A DNA stretch of 64,000 nucleotides from an uncultured Flavobacteriaceae bacterium (GCA_963741865.1 CAVUJP010000002.1:193347-257346); one strand, 5' to 3'; positions 28,133-39,608 are shown, counted from the first letter of the stretch. Translations and numbers: made by a program. The notes: generated by a model from the letters alone, not told the origin.

Positions 28133-29215
28133 TTATCCTTTATAAAAGGGCAATTTTACCTGTGTTGCAGGAACGGCTTTTTTTCTTATCTGAATAAAAA
28201 TTTTGTTTCCAATTCCCGCAACTTCAGCAGGTACGTAGCCAAGTCCGATCCCTTTTTCAAGAGAAGGAGACATGGTGCCCGAAGTTACCTCTCCAATTTT
28301 CTTACCATTCTCGTCAACGATGTCGTATCCCTGACGAGGAATTCCTCTTTCATCGAGCTCAAAAGCGACGAGTTTACGTTTAGGACCGTTTTCTTTTTCT
28401 TTCTTTAAAGCCTCGCTGTTCACGAAATCTTTAGTGAATTTAGTGATCCAGCCGAGTCCGGCTTCGATAGGCGAGGTGCTGTCATCGATATCATTTCCGT
28501 AGAGACAAAAGCCCATTTCCAGGCGAAGCGTATCACGTGCAGCAAGGCCAATGGGTTTAATCCCAAAATCTTTTCCAGCATCAAAAACAGCGTTCCATAT
28601 CTCCTCGGCATCCTCATTTCTGAAATAAATCTCAAATCCGCCACTGCCGGTATAACCCGTAGCCGAAATGATCACTTTCTCCACGCCGGCAAAAGTTCCA
28701 ACTTCAAAAGTATAAAACTTCATATTTGCCAGATCGATATCGGTAAGCGATTGCATGGCTTCGGCAGCTTTGGGTCCCTGGATGGCCAGTAAAGACATCT
28801 CATCGCTCATATCCCGCATGGTGGCATCCATCGAATTATGATGCGCGATCCAGTTCCAGTCTTTTTCAATATTTGATGCGTTTACAACCAGAAGATATTT
28901 TTCAGCATCAATGCGATAAACGATCAAATCATCAATAATTCCTCCCTCTTCGTTAGGCATACAGGAATACTGTGCCTTGCCATCAAAAAGTTTTGAAGCA
29001 TCGTTGCTGCTTATTTTCTGAATAAGAGCCAGGGCATTGGGTCCGGTGATTAGAAATTCGCCCATATGCGACACATCAAAAACACCTAATTTCTCTCGAA
29101 CGGTTTCATGTTCAATATTCACTCCCTCGTAAGAGACGGGCATATTGTAACCGGCAAAGGGAACCATTTTGGCGTTTAGTTCTTTATGCTTCTTAGAAAG
29201 CGCTGTTTCTTTCAT
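28133..29215 (-). CDS. gcvT: glycine cleavage system aminomethyltransferase GcvT
   Basis: [21 protein letters not shown] and the [11 protein letters not shown] motif are present. The ATG at 29215 is preferred over the listed TTG at 29236. Confidence 0.93.
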   Translation of the reverse strand: MKETALSKKHKELNAKMVPFAGYNMPVSYEGVNIEHETVREKLGVFDVSHMGEFLITGPNALALIQKISSNDASKLFDGKAQYSCMPNEEGGIIDDLIVYRIDAEKYLLVVNASNIEKDWNWIAHHNSMDATMRDMSDEMSLLAIQGPKAAEAMQSLTDIDLANMKFYTFEVGTFAGVEKVIISATGYTGSGGFEIYFRNEDAEEIWNAVFDAGKDFGIKPIGLAARDTLRLEMGFCLYGNDIDDSTSPIEAGLGWITKFTKDFVNSEALKKEKENGPKRKLVAFELDERGIPRQGYDIVDENGKKIGEVTSGTMSPSLEKGIGLGYVPAEVAGIGNKIFIQIRKKAVPATQVKLPFYKG

Positions 29216-29347
29216 TATTTTCAAAAATTTGCCCAAATTTATTCAATTCAGGATGAATACAAGATTTATTAAGCCTTTTTATCGATTAATATTTAATCTC
29301 TTTCAGAAAGCTTATCTTTGAGAGAAGTCAAAAATGAGAATGATTTT

Positions 29348-30881
29348 ATGAAGATACTTACTGCCGATCAACTTTCAGAAGCCGACAAAATTAGCATTCA
29401 AAAACAGGGAATTTCTTCGGAAGAGCTCATGGAAAGAGCTGCCACCCTGGTTTTTCAGGAAATTCACAAAAGACTCGACGGAGCCTCCATTCCCATTAAA
29501 ATTTTCTGCGGAATTGGAAATAACGGAGGCGACGGACTCGTAGTGGCACGACATCTTGTTCAGCATCATTATAAAGTGAAGGTTTATATCGTTAATTACA
29601 GCGATAAGAGAACAGACGATTTTCTTTCCAATTATGAACGACTGAAAGGGGTGACAAGTAACTGGCCCATTTCTATTAAAGGAGAAGATGATTTCCCTGA
29701 AATTTCTACTGGAGATTTCGTGATCGATGCGATCTTTGGGATCGGACTTAACAGGCCTATTGAAGGCTGGATGGGAAAACTGGTGAAAAAGATCAATAAT
29801 TCCGGTGCTTTTGTGCTTGCCATCGATATGCCCAGCGGCTTGTTTGCAGATCGTGTTCCCGGTGAAGATGCGGCGGTTATAAAAGCTGCATATACGCTGA
29901 GTTTTCAATCACCAAAACTTGTATTTTATCTTCCGCAGACGATGGATTATGCCGGTGAAGTTCAGATTCTCGATATCGGTCTTGACCAGCAATATATTTC
30001 TGAGGTAAAATCGGGGATATTTCTCATCGAAAATGCTGAAGCCGAAACGCTTTATAAAGAAAGAAAAAAGAATTCTCATAAAGGCGATTATGGAAACGTT
30101 CTGATCACCGGCGGCTCCTACGGAAAAATAGGAAGCGTTTTACTTACCGCTACTGCAGCTCTTAGAACAGGAACCGGTCTTGTGTACTTTATATATTCCA
30201 AAATGCGGTTACCAGATCATTCAGACGGGCTTGCCGGAAGCAATGGTCCTTACCGATGAAAATGAGGAAATGCTGACGAATTTTCCCGAAGATTTTGGCG
30301 CCGATGTGAACTGCTTCGGAATGGGTGCCGGAAAAGATGAAAAAACCGTGGCAGCCATGGAAAAATTTCTGAAAGCCAGTAAAAATCCTGTGGTGATCGA
30401 TGCCGATGGCTTGAATATAATTTCAGAAAATAATGAATTACTGAAACTTTTACCGGAAAATTCAGTTTTGACACCACATCCCGGGGAACTAAAGCGACTG
30501 ATAGGGGAGTGGAAGGACGATTTTGACAAACTCGAGAAAACAAAAGAATTCAGCAAAAAGCATAAGGTAAGCCTGCTCATCAAAGGTGCCCATACATTTA
30601 TTATCAGTGATGATGAAATTTATGTGAACAGTACCGGAAACCCGGGAATGGCAACTGCCGGAAGCGGGGATGTGCTTTCCGGAGTTATAACCTCCCTGAT
30701 CGGGCAAAAATATGATCCGGTAACGGCAGCGGTTTTGGGAGTTTATGCTCATGGATTGTCGGGAGATATTGCGGCTTCAAAACTTGGGCTGGAAAGTGTA
30801 TTGGCCGGTGATATCGCTAAAAATATGGGAAAAGCTTTCATGTTTTTATCTGAAGATTTTTCAACAGATGAAGAAGATTGA
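29348..30881 (+). pseudogene. nnr: bifunctional NAD(P)H-hydrate repair enzyme Nnr (epimerase/dehydratase), frame interrupted by one extra nt at 30182-30185
   Basis: ORFs 29318..30259 and 30180..30881 join into 510 aa. The YjeF_N motif GNNGGDGLVVARHL and the carbohydrate-kinase motif GNPGMATAGSGDVLSG are both present. The span is 1534 nt = 3n+1. Confidence 0.85.
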
Positions 30882-30977
30882 GGATGATATTTAAAAAATC
30901 TGTATTTTCATACTGGGAATATTTGGAATCTTTCAAAGGAAGTGAGATTTTTGCATGGCCAAAACCACTAAATCAGA

Positions 30978-32490
30978 ATGCAGCCTAATTTTCATTACAT
31001 CAGCTCAGCCGTATTGGATCTTGAAGATATCTATGACATTATCGAAAATGATAAAAAACTGGCTTTAAGTGAGGAATCCCGGGTAAATATTGAAAAATCC
31101 AGAAAATACCTGGATAAAAAGATCACCGAAAGCGATACTCCTGTCTATGGCATCAATACCGGTTTTGGAGCACTTTGTAATGTAAAGATCACTTCAGAAA
31201 AACTTACCGAACTACAGGAAAATCTGGTTCGTTCACATGCCTGTGGTGCCGGGGCTCTGATTGCGAAACCGGTAATAAAATTAATGCTGCTTTTAAAGGT
31301 TCAATCCCTTAGCTATGGAAACTCGGGTATTGCTTTGTCAAGCGTTGAAAGGCTGATCGAGTTTTATAATAATGATATTCTGCCGGTCATCTATGAACAG
31401 GGTTCATTGGGTGCATCGGGAGATTTGGCTCCGCTTGCACATCTTGCTCTTCCTTTAATTGGTGATGGCGAAGTTTATTATCAAAATGAAAAATGGAAGG
31501 GAGAAGAAATTCTTAAAGAGTTTGGCTGGCAGCCTTTAAAACTTCAAAGTAAAGAAGGTTTGGCTTTGCTCAACGGCACTCAGTTCATGAGTGCTCACGC
31601 TGTTTACGCCCTTCTAAAAACTTACCGATTTTCTTATTGGGCCGATCTAATAGGAGCAAGCTCGGTTGAGGCTTTTGATTGCAATCTTTCTCCTTTTGAT
31701 GAGCTGGTGCATCAGGTGCGACCGCATCGCGGACAGGTAAAAACTGCCGAAAGGATCAGAAAATTTCTGGAGGGGAGTGAGATCGCGCTTTCCGAAAAGA
31801 AAAATGTACAGGATCCTTATTCTTTTCGATGTATTCCCCAGGTGCATGGCGCCAGTAAGGACACCTTGGCTTTTGTGAGGAAAACGGTAAAAACCGAGAT
31901 CAATTCCGTAACCGATAATCCTAATATTTTTATAGAGGCCGATAAGATCATTTCCGGCGGTAATTTTCACGGTCAGCCTCTGGCCTTAGGACTGGATTAC
32001 CTGGCGATCGCTGTTTCTGAACTTGCTAATATTTCGGAAAGAAGAATTTATCAGCTTGTTTCCGGATTACGTGGTTTACCTGCCTTCCTGGTAGAAAATC
32101 CAGGGCTTAACAGCGGGTTTATGATTCCGCAATATACAGCCGCAAGTATCGTGAGCCAGAACAAACAACTTGCGGTTCCTGCTTCGACAGATTCAATTGT
32201 TTCCTCAAATGGGCAGGAAGATCATGTGAGTATGGGAGCGAATTCAGCCACGAAACTTTTAAAAACTGTAGATAATCTGCATTCGGTGCTGGCCATCGAA
32301 CTTTTCAATGCTTCGCAGGCAATGCATTTCAGGGAGCCTGCAGCCACTTCCCATATGATCAGGACAGATTCTAGATGATTTCCGAAAAGAAATTCCTGTT
32401 TTAACAGAAGACGTCACCATGGCTCCACTTATCGAGAAGTCAAGAATTTTTATTGAAAATTATCCTATAGAAGATTTTCTACAGGATTAA
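30978..32490 (+). pseudogene. hutH: histidine ammonia-lyase, C-terminal ~40 codons displaced by one extra nt between 32359 and 32378
   Basis: MIO-forming motif GSLGASGDLAPLAHL. The +1 frame continues ILDDFRKEIPVLTEDVTMAPLIEKSRIFIENYPIEDFLQD to the TAA at 32488-32490. The span is 1513 nt = 3n+1. Confidence 0.85.
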
Positions 32491-32861
32491 ATCTTTGTTT
32501 TTATCCACTCTACAGATTCTTCGAGAGTGGTGAAAATACCAAAACTATTGCTGTCTTTGTAGAATTTACTCTCGACTAATTCGGCATTTTTTCTGGTCAT
32601 TTCGCTATGACTTACTACCGCAATGGCTTTGAGGTTTTCAATGTTCGCAGATTCAAAATAAACCATGGGATCAACGGCGTAAGAATTCACACGATGGGAG
32701 ATATAGCCGTAATTCTGTCCTTTAAAAATTTCTTTGCCTAATTCAAGAAGTTTCCGGTTACTCTCAATATCGAAAAGTACACCTTCATTAAGCTTTGCAA
32801 TGAGAATATTTTCATAGATAGTGACTTTTCCAAAGTCAAGATCGATCTCTTTTAACAACAT
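32487..32861 (-). CDS. hypothetical protein (STAS/SpoIIAA-like size and pattern, tentative)
   Basis: 124-aa ORF with good coding appearance. Its stop overlaps the reconstructed hutH stop by 4 nt. Confidence 0.5.
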   Translation of the reverse strand: MLLKEIDLDFGKVTIYENILIAKLNEGVLFDIESNRKLLELGKEIFKGQNYGYISHRVNSYAVDPMVYFESANIENLKAIAVVSHSEMTRKNAELVESKFYKDSNSFGIFTTLEESVEWIKTKI

Positions 32862-32925
32862 ATTTGTGTAGGGGCTTGGTGCAGTAAATGTAGCTTAATT
32901 TATGTATTTCAAAAAGAAAGTTAAT

Positions 32926-32957
32926 AAAAAAAGCCGGTATTAAACCGGCTTTTTTTT
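32926..32957. terminator. rho-independent terminator (downstream of clpC)
   Basis: AGCCGGT-ATTAA-ACCGGCT hairpin flanked by an A7 run and a T8 run. Confidence 0.8.
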
Positions 32958-32976
32958 AAAGTATATCATCAAAATA

Positions 32977-35538
32977 TTAAGATTCTGTCTCTTTTACAGA
33001 TTTCTCAATATGAATGCTGAGTTCATCTTTTTTCTCATCCAGATCCATCTCTATGGTATCACCCTCTTTGATATTTGCAGTGATGATCTCTTCCGCAAGA
33101 GCATCTTCAATATATTTCTGAATTGCCCTGTTAAGCGGTCTCGCCCCATACTCTTTGTCAAAGCCTTTTTCTGCAATAAAGTCTTTGGCTTTATCGGTAA
33201 GTTTAAGATCATACCCGAGATCACGAATTCTATCATACAATTTACCAAGCTCAATATCGATGATCTTGTGGATATCTTCTCTTTCCAAAGTATTGAAGAT
33301 GACCACATCGTCGATACGGTTCAGGAATTCGGGTGCAAATGCTTTTTTAAGCGCATTTTCAATGACGCTTCGGGCATTCTCATCAACCTGGGATTTTTTT
33401 GCTGAAGTACCAAAACCAACACCCTGACCAAAATCTTTCAGTTTTCTGGCTCCGATATTGGAGGTCATGATAATAATAGTATTTCTGAAATCGATTTTTC
33501 TACCGAGACTATCTGTAAGGTAACCATCATCCAATACCTGGAGCAGCATGTTAAATACATCAGGGTGAGCTTTTTCAACCTCATCCAGAAGAATCACCGC
33601 ATAGGGTTTTCTTCGAACCTTCTCGGTTAGCTGACCACCTTCTTCATATCCCACGTATCCCGGAGGTGCACCGATCAGTCTTGACACGGCAAATTTCTCC
33701 ATATATTCACTCATATCAATTCTGATAAGTGAATCTTCATTATCGAAAAGTTCGCGTGCAAGAACTTTTGCCAGTTGGGTTTTACCCACACCGGTTTGTC
33801 CCAGGAAGATAAAAGAACCAATAGGTTTATTAGGATCTTTCAACCCGGCACGATTACGTTGGATCGCGCGTACCACTTTCCCTACGGCCTCATCCTGGCC
33901 AATGACTTTTCCTTTGATCTTCTTCGGAAGTTCCACAAGCTTATTGCTTTCAGTTTGGGCAATACGGTTCACCGGAATTCCTGTCATCATCGAGACCACA
34001 TCGGCAACACTTTCTTCTGAAACTGTTTCTTTATGCTTTTTCGATTCTTCTTCCCATTTTTCCTGGGCGACACTTAATTCTTTTTCAAGATTCTTCTCGT
34101 CATCGCGCAATTTTGCAGCTTCTTCATATTTCTGCTTTTTCACGACGGAATTTTTATTCTCGCGAACCTCTTCAAGTCTTCTCTCCAGGTCAAGAATTTG
34201 CTTGGGAACATCAATATTGGTAATGTGAACCCGCGAACCTGATTCATCCAGCGCATCGATGGCCTTATCAGGAAGGAAGCGATCGGTCATATACCTGTTG
34301 GTGAGTTTCACACAGGCTTCAATAGCCTCATTGGTATAGACCACATTATGGTGCTCTTCATATTTATTCTTGATGTTATTCAGAATTTCAATCGTTTCTT
34401 CTACGGTGGTAGGTTCTACGATCACTTTCTGAAACCTTCTTTCCAGGGCACCATCTTTTTCGATATATTGTCTGTATTCATCAAGGGTAGTGGCTCCAAT
34501 ACATTGTATTTCCCCTCGGGCAAGCGCAGGCTTGAACATATTGCTGGCATCCAGGCTTCCTGTGGCACCACCGGCACCTACAATGGTATGGATCTCATCG
34601 ATGAAAAGAATAATATTATCATTCTTTTCCAGCTCGTTCATCACGGCTTTCATTCTTTCCTCAAACTGCCCGCGATATTTGGTTCCAGCAACAAGACTTG
34701 CAAGATCCAGGGTCACCACTCGTTTATCGAATAGAATCCTTGAAACTTTTCTTTTTATAATTCGAAGAGCAAGACCCTCGGCAATTGCCGATTTACCCAC
34801 ACCGGGTTCTCCGATCAACAACGGGTTGTTCTTTTTCCTTCGGCTTAAGATCTGGGAAACTCTTTCGATCTCCTTTTCACGGCCAACCACAGGGTCCAGT
34901 TTATCGGCTTCTGCCAGGGCAGTAAGATCTCTTCCGAAGTTATCCAGAACAGGAGTCTTTGATTTTTTGGCAGTCTTGCCGGTACCGCCGCCACCACTAC
35001 TGAAAGGGTTTTCACGGGTAGCTTCGTCACCACTGGAATCATCATCAGAGAAAGATTCCGCAGACGGGCTGTCGGTAAAATCATCCTCGTCGCTGGCGAT
35101 CATATATTTAAACTGGTCTTTCACTCCGTCGTAGTCTATCTTTAATTTGTTCAAAAGTTTAGTTGTAGGGTCATTTTCGTTCCTTAGAATGCACAACAGC
35201 AAATGTGCTGTATTTATCGAGGAGCTCTGAAACAATTTAGCTTCAAGAAATGTCGTTTTCAATGCTCGCTCTGCCTGACGTGTTAAGTGCAGGTTTCGTT
35301 TTTCGTTACTAATGGTAACATTTCCCGGATTCGCCGGACTTAAAATCTCAACTTTTCGTCTCAGGTGTCCAAGGTCAATATCAAGGGCATTTAATATTTC
35401 TATAGCTTTTCCATCTCCATCTCGCAGCAGACCAAGCATAAGATGTTCAGTCCCAATGAAATCGTGACCGAGCCTCAATGCTTCTTCCTTGCTGTAAGCA
35501 ATAACATCTTTTACTCTTGGTGAAAAATTATCATCCAT
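32977..35538 (-). CDS. clpC: ATP-dependent Clp protease ATP-binding subunit ClpC (Clp/Hsp100 AAA+)
   Basis: 853 aa with duplicated Clp_N repeats, two Walker A motifs (GEPGVGKSA, GQTGVGKTQLAK) and a UVR-like linker (KQKYEEAAKLRDDE). Confidence 0.93.
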   Translation of the reverse strand: MDDNFSPRVKDVIAYSKEEALRLGHDFIGTEHLMLGLLRDGDGKAIEILNALDIDLGHLRRKVEILSPANPGNVTISNEKRNLHLTRQAERALKTTFLEAKLFQSSSINTAHLLLCILRNENDPTTKLLNKLKIDYDGVKDQFKYMIASDEDDFTDSPSAESFSDDDSSGDEATRENPFSSGGGGTGKTAKKSKTPVLDNFGRDLTALAEADKLDPVVGREKEIERVSQILSRRKKNNPLLIGEPGVGKSAIAEGLALRIIKRKVSRILFDKRVVTLDLASLVAGTKYRGQFEERMKAVMNELEKNDNIILFIDEIHTIVGAGGATGSLDASNMFKPALARGEIQCIGATTLDEYRQYIEKDGALERRFQKVIVEPTTVEETIEILNNIKNKYEEHHNVVYTNEAIEACVKLTNRYMTDRFLPDKAIDALDESGSRVHITNIDVPKQILDLERRLEEVRENKNSVVKKQKYEEAAKLRDDEKNLEKELSVAQEKWEEESKKHKETVSEESVADVVSMMTGIPVNRIAQTESNKLVELPKKIKGKVIGQDEAVGKVVRAIQRNRAGLKDPNKPIGSFIFLGQTGVGKTQLAKVLARELFDNEDSLIRIDMSEYMEKFAVSRLIGAPPGYVGYEEGGQLTEKVRRKPYAVILLDEVEKAHPDVFNMLLQVLDDGYLTDSLGRKIDFRNTIIIMTSNIGARKLKDFGQGVGFGTSAKKSQVDENARSVIENALKKAFAPEFLNRIDDVVIFNTLEREDIHKIIDIELGKLYDRIRDLGYDLKLTDKAKDFIAEKGFDKEYGARPLNRAIQKYIEDALAEEIITANIKEGDTIEMDLDEKKDELSIHIEKSVKETES

Positions 35539-35786
35539 TTTTTCTTTCCTTTCTCAATTTTTATTCACTCCTCAAAGTTCAAAAACTGTACCTAATGGAG
35601 TGTTAGTAGCTAATAGACAAAATTACTTTCAATTATCAAAGGGTAAAATACTGAACTTATTAACCAAATGCCAATAAAAATTTGTTAATAAAAACAAGGT
35701 TTCAAAGACGTTCAGGGCCTGTAAAACAGGGATAAAATATGTAAATTGCCCCGTTAGATTCTTAAGATAAAATTAAATATATAAAT

Positions 35787-38319
35787 ATGGCTGAAGGAGA
35801 AAAGCTAATTCCTATCAACATTGAAGATGAAATGAAATCAGCCTACATCGATTATTCGATGTCGGTCATTGTGTCACGTGCCTTGCCAGATGTGCGTGAT
35901 GGTTTAAAACCTGTACACCGAAGGGTGCTTTACGGGATGTATGAGCTCGGGGTTCTTTCCAATCGTGCCTACAAGAAGTCTGCGAGAATCGTAGGAGAGG
36001 TACTGGGAAAATATCACCCTCACGGAGATTCTTCGGTCTATGATACCATGGTGCGTATGGCTCAGGAATGGAGCATGAGGTATATGCTTGTTGACGGGCA
36101 GGGTAACTTCGGGTCGGTTGACGGTGACAGTCCGGCAGCGATGCGTTATACTGAAGCCCGTATGCGAAAGATCAGTGAAGATCTGCTGGCCGACATAGAT
36201 AAGGAGACGGTAGATACTCAACTTAACTTTGATGATTCGCTTAGCGAACCTGTAGTTCTTCCCACGCGAGTTCCCAACCTGCTTGTGAATGGCGCGAGTG
36301 GTATTGCTGTTGGTATGGCTACCAATATGCCGCCGCATAACCTTTCGGAAGTGATCGACGGAACCATAGCCTATATCGATGATCATGATATTGAGATCGA
36401 TGAACTCATACAATATATAAAGGCTCCCGATTTTCCTACCGGAGGAATCATCTACGGTTATGATGGAGTTAGAGAAGCTTTTAAAACCGGGCGTGGCCGC
36501 GTGGTCATGCGTGCGAAAGCTCATACCGAAGAGATCAATGGCCGCGAATTCCTTATTGTGACTGAAATCCCATATCAGGTGAATAAAGCCGATATGATCA
36601 AAAAAACCGCCGATCTTATCAATGAGAAAAAGATCGAAGGCATCAGTATGATCAGGGATGAATCAGACCGTAAAGGAATGCGGGTCGTATATCAGCTGAA
36701 GAGGGATGCCATTCCGAATATCGTATTGAATACCTTATTCAAGCATACCGCGCTTCAGTCTTCCTTCAGTGTTAACAATATTGCGCTCGGTAAATGGCCG
36801 CCCTGAGATGCTGAATCTGAAGGATCTTATACATCATTTCGTGGAACACAGGCACGATGTGGTGGTAAGAAGGACCACCTATGAACTTAAGAAAGCTGAA
36901 GACAGGGCTCATATTCTTGAAGGACTTATCATCGCTTCAGATAATATAGATGAAGTGATCGCGCTAATCAGAGCTTCTTCAAATGCCGAGGAAGCTCGTG
37001 AAAAATTAATGGAGCGTTTCGAGCTTACCGAAATTCAGGCACGTGCAATTGTGGAAATGCGATTGAGACAACTTACCGGTCTTGAACAGGATAAGCTGCG
37101 TGCGGAATATGAAGAAATCCTTAAAACTATTGAAGACCTTAAAGATATTCTTGCTCGTAAGGAAAGAAGAATGGATGTTATCAAAGATGAACTTCTGGAG
37201 GTCAAGGAAAAATATGGTGATCCAAGAAGATCAGAAATTGAATATTCAGGAGGTGATCTTAGCATCGAGGATATGATTCCTGATGAAAAAGTGGTAATTA
37301 CCATTTCACACGCCGGCTATATTAAAAGGACTTCCCTTAATGAATATAAAACACAGAACAGGGGAGGAGTCGGCCAGAAAGGTTCCAACACCCGAAATGA
37401 AGATTTCCTGGAATACCTTTTCGTGGGAACCAATCACCAGTATATGCTATTCTTTACACAGAATGGTAAATGTTACTGGATGCGGGTTTATGAAATTCCC
37501 GAGGGATCAAAGGCCTCAAAAGGACGAGCTATTCAGAATCTTATCAATATCGAACCTGAAGATCGGGTGAAAGCTTTTATCTGTACCCAGGATCTTAAAG
37601 ATGAGGAATATGTAAATAACCATTTTGTTATTATGGCAACCAAAAAAGGTCAGGTTAAGAAAACCAGACTGGAAAGATATTCCCGTCCACGAACAAATGG
37701 AATCAATGCGATCACCATTAAAGAAGGGGATGAGCTGCTGGAAGCCAAACTCACTACCGGAAACAGCCAGGTGATGCTTGCCGTAAAAAGCGGGAAAGCA
37801 ATCCGTTTTGAAGAAAGCAAAACCAGGCCGATGGGTAGAAATGCTTCCGGAGTACGAGGAATCACTTTAGCAGACGGTAATGACGAGGTGATTGGAATGA
37901 TCGCCGTCAACGAGTTTGATTCTGATATCCTTGTGGTTTCTGAAAATGGATATGGAAAACGTTCCAGCCTGGAGGACTATCGAATCACCAACCGCGGTGG
38001 TAAAGGGGTTAAGACCATTTCGGTTACCGAAAAAACCGGACAACTTGTCGCAATCAAAAACGTTTCAGATGATGATGACTTAATGATCATCAATAAATCG
38101 GGGATTGTCATCAGGATGGCTGTGGAAGATCTACGCGTAATGGGTCGTGCAACCCAGGGGGTTAGATTGATCAATCTTAAAGGAAACGATGCGATCGCTG
38201 CAGTGGCAAAGGTGCTTCATGATGAAGACGACGTAGAAAGCATGGAAGATGCTGAAAAGCCTGCGGGTAGTGCTGAGCCGGCGAATGGCACAACTATTGC
38301 AGATGATAGTGAGGAATAA
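35787..38319 (+). pseudogene. gyrA: DNA gyrase subunit A, frame interrupted by one extra nt at 36789/36790
   Basis: ORFs 35787..36806 and 36769..38319 join into 843 aa. The catalytic-Tyr motif [10 protein letters not shown] and HPHGD are present. The junction reads ...SFSVNNIAL|[14 protein letters not shown]. The span is 2533 nt = 3n+1. Confidence 0.88.
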
Positions 38320-38340
38320 AAAACTAAAACCAAAACCACA

Positions 38341-39588
38341 ATGAAAACGAAGATTATTACAGCAGCGCTGTCCCTAATGACTTTAGCAGCCGTTGCACAG
38401 AAAGATCAGGTAAAAAATGCCGAAGATGCTATAGACGATGGGAATTATGCCGAAGCCAAGGCTCAATTAAAAGTAGCTGAGCCTAACCTAAGCGAATTGA
38501 ACGATAAATGGCAGGAGCGCTTTTATTTTTATAAAGGTCAGGCCTATATGGGAACAGGTAAAAATACACCTGCAGAAGATCTTAAAATCGCAGCAATGGC
38601 TTTTCAGAAGTCTGCCGAGATGGGAAATGAAGACGCTGCCGAAAAGTTAATGACTTTGAAAAACAATATGATTCAAAGCGCGATCGACGATCAAAACAAG
38701 GAAAATTTTTCAGAAGCAGCTAATAAGCTTTACACCAGCTACGAGATAAGCCCAAAAGATACGATTTATCTTTACTATGCAGCCAACAACCTTGTACAGG
38801 CTCAGGAATATGACAAAGCTGTTGATTACCTTGAAATGCTGAACGATCTTGGGTACGATGGATCAGGTGTTGAATACACTGCCCTTAATACCGAAAGCGG
38901 ACAGCGGGAAAACTTCAGTTCAAAAAGCCAGAGAGATCTTATGCTTAAATCTGATAAGTATAAAGATCCCGAGGATACCAAAATTCCCTCTAAAAAAGGT
39001 GATATCACCTCTTTGCTCGCAAAGATCTACATCAATCAGAAAGAATATGATAAGGCGATTGAAGCCATGGATGAGGCTAAAGCCAATAATCCTGATGATG
39101 TAACGCTTTATCTTTCAGAAGCAAACATGTACTACCAGATGGGCGAAAAGGAAAAAGCCATTGCATCTCTTGAAAAAGCCGGTGAAATGGATCCAAATAA
39201 TGCAACCGTTTTCAATAATATCGGATTGATGTATGCGGAATTAGGAAATCATGATAAAGCCATTGAAAACTACAAAAAGGCAATCAGCCTTGATGAAGAT
39301 AACAATGAGGCAAGGATCAATTTGGTAGCTTCTATTTTGAGCGGAGAGCGTGACCTTATAGACCAGATGAACGAGCTTGGCATGAGTAAGGAAGACACCC
39401 AGAAATACGATGAACTGAATAAGCAGAGACAAGATGTGTATAAAGCCGCACTTCCTTATCTTGAAAAAGCTTTAGAAGTTGATCCAACCGATGTCAACGT
39501 TATCAAAACTGCAATGAATATCTATTCTAATCTTGGAAAGCAGGAAAAGGTTGAAGAAATGAAACAATTGCTTGCTGAAAACCAGTAA
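38341..39588 (+). CDS. tetratricopeptide-repeat protein (secreted)
   Basis: Signal peptide (MKTKIITAALSLMTLAAVAQ) followed by several TPR-like A/Y/K-rich repeats. It starts 21 nt after gyrA. Confidence 0.8.
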   Translation: MKTKIITAALSLMTLAAVAQKDQVKNAEDAIDDGNYAEAKAQLKVAEPNLSELNDKWQERFYFYKGQAYMGTGKNTPAEDLKIAAMAFQKSAEMGNEDAAEKLMTLKNNMIQSAIDDQNKENFSEAANKLYTSYEISPKDTIYLYYAANNLVQAQEYDKAVDYLEMLNDLGYDGSGVEYTALNTESGQRENFSSKSQRDLMLKSDKYKDPEDTKIPSKKGDITSLLAKIYINQKEYDKAIEAMDEAKANNPDDVTLYLSEANMYYQMGEKEKAIASLEKAGEMDPNNATVFNNIGLMYAELGNHDKAIENYKKAISLDEDNNEARINLVASILSGERDLIDQMNELGMSKEDTQKYDELNKQRQDVYKAALPYLEKALEVDPTDVNVIKTAMNIYSNLGKQEKVEEMKQLLAENQ

Positions 39589-39608
39589 GAAGAACCATTT
39601 CTCTGAAT

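Noticed and set aside
29216-29347. Possible glycine riboswitch upstream of gcvT
   Set aside because: The leader is only ~100 nt and AT-rich. It lacks the tandem conserved GGAGA...CACCG-type aptamer cores.
29375-29908. 177-aa minus-strand ORF opposite nnr
   Set aside because: It is a shadow ORF of the Nnr epimerase domain.
32370-32380. prfB-style programmed +1 frameshift at AGA-TGA-T in hutH
   Set aside because: There is no slippery P-site codon allowing tRNA re-pairing (AGA to GAU). Bacteroidota do not use an upstream SD-like stimulator. A simple 1-nt insertion anywhere in 32359-32378 explains the data.
34490-35134. 214-aa + strand ORF, with neighbours 33902..34228 and 34348..34734, inside clpC
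   Set aside because: It lies antisense to a very well supported 853-aa ClpC gene. The composition is low-complexity and Ser/Pro/Leu-rich, typical of shadow ORFs.
35904-36524. 206-aa minus-strand ORF inside gyrA
   Set aside because: It is a shadow ORF opposite a strongly conserved coding region and has no recognisable motifs.
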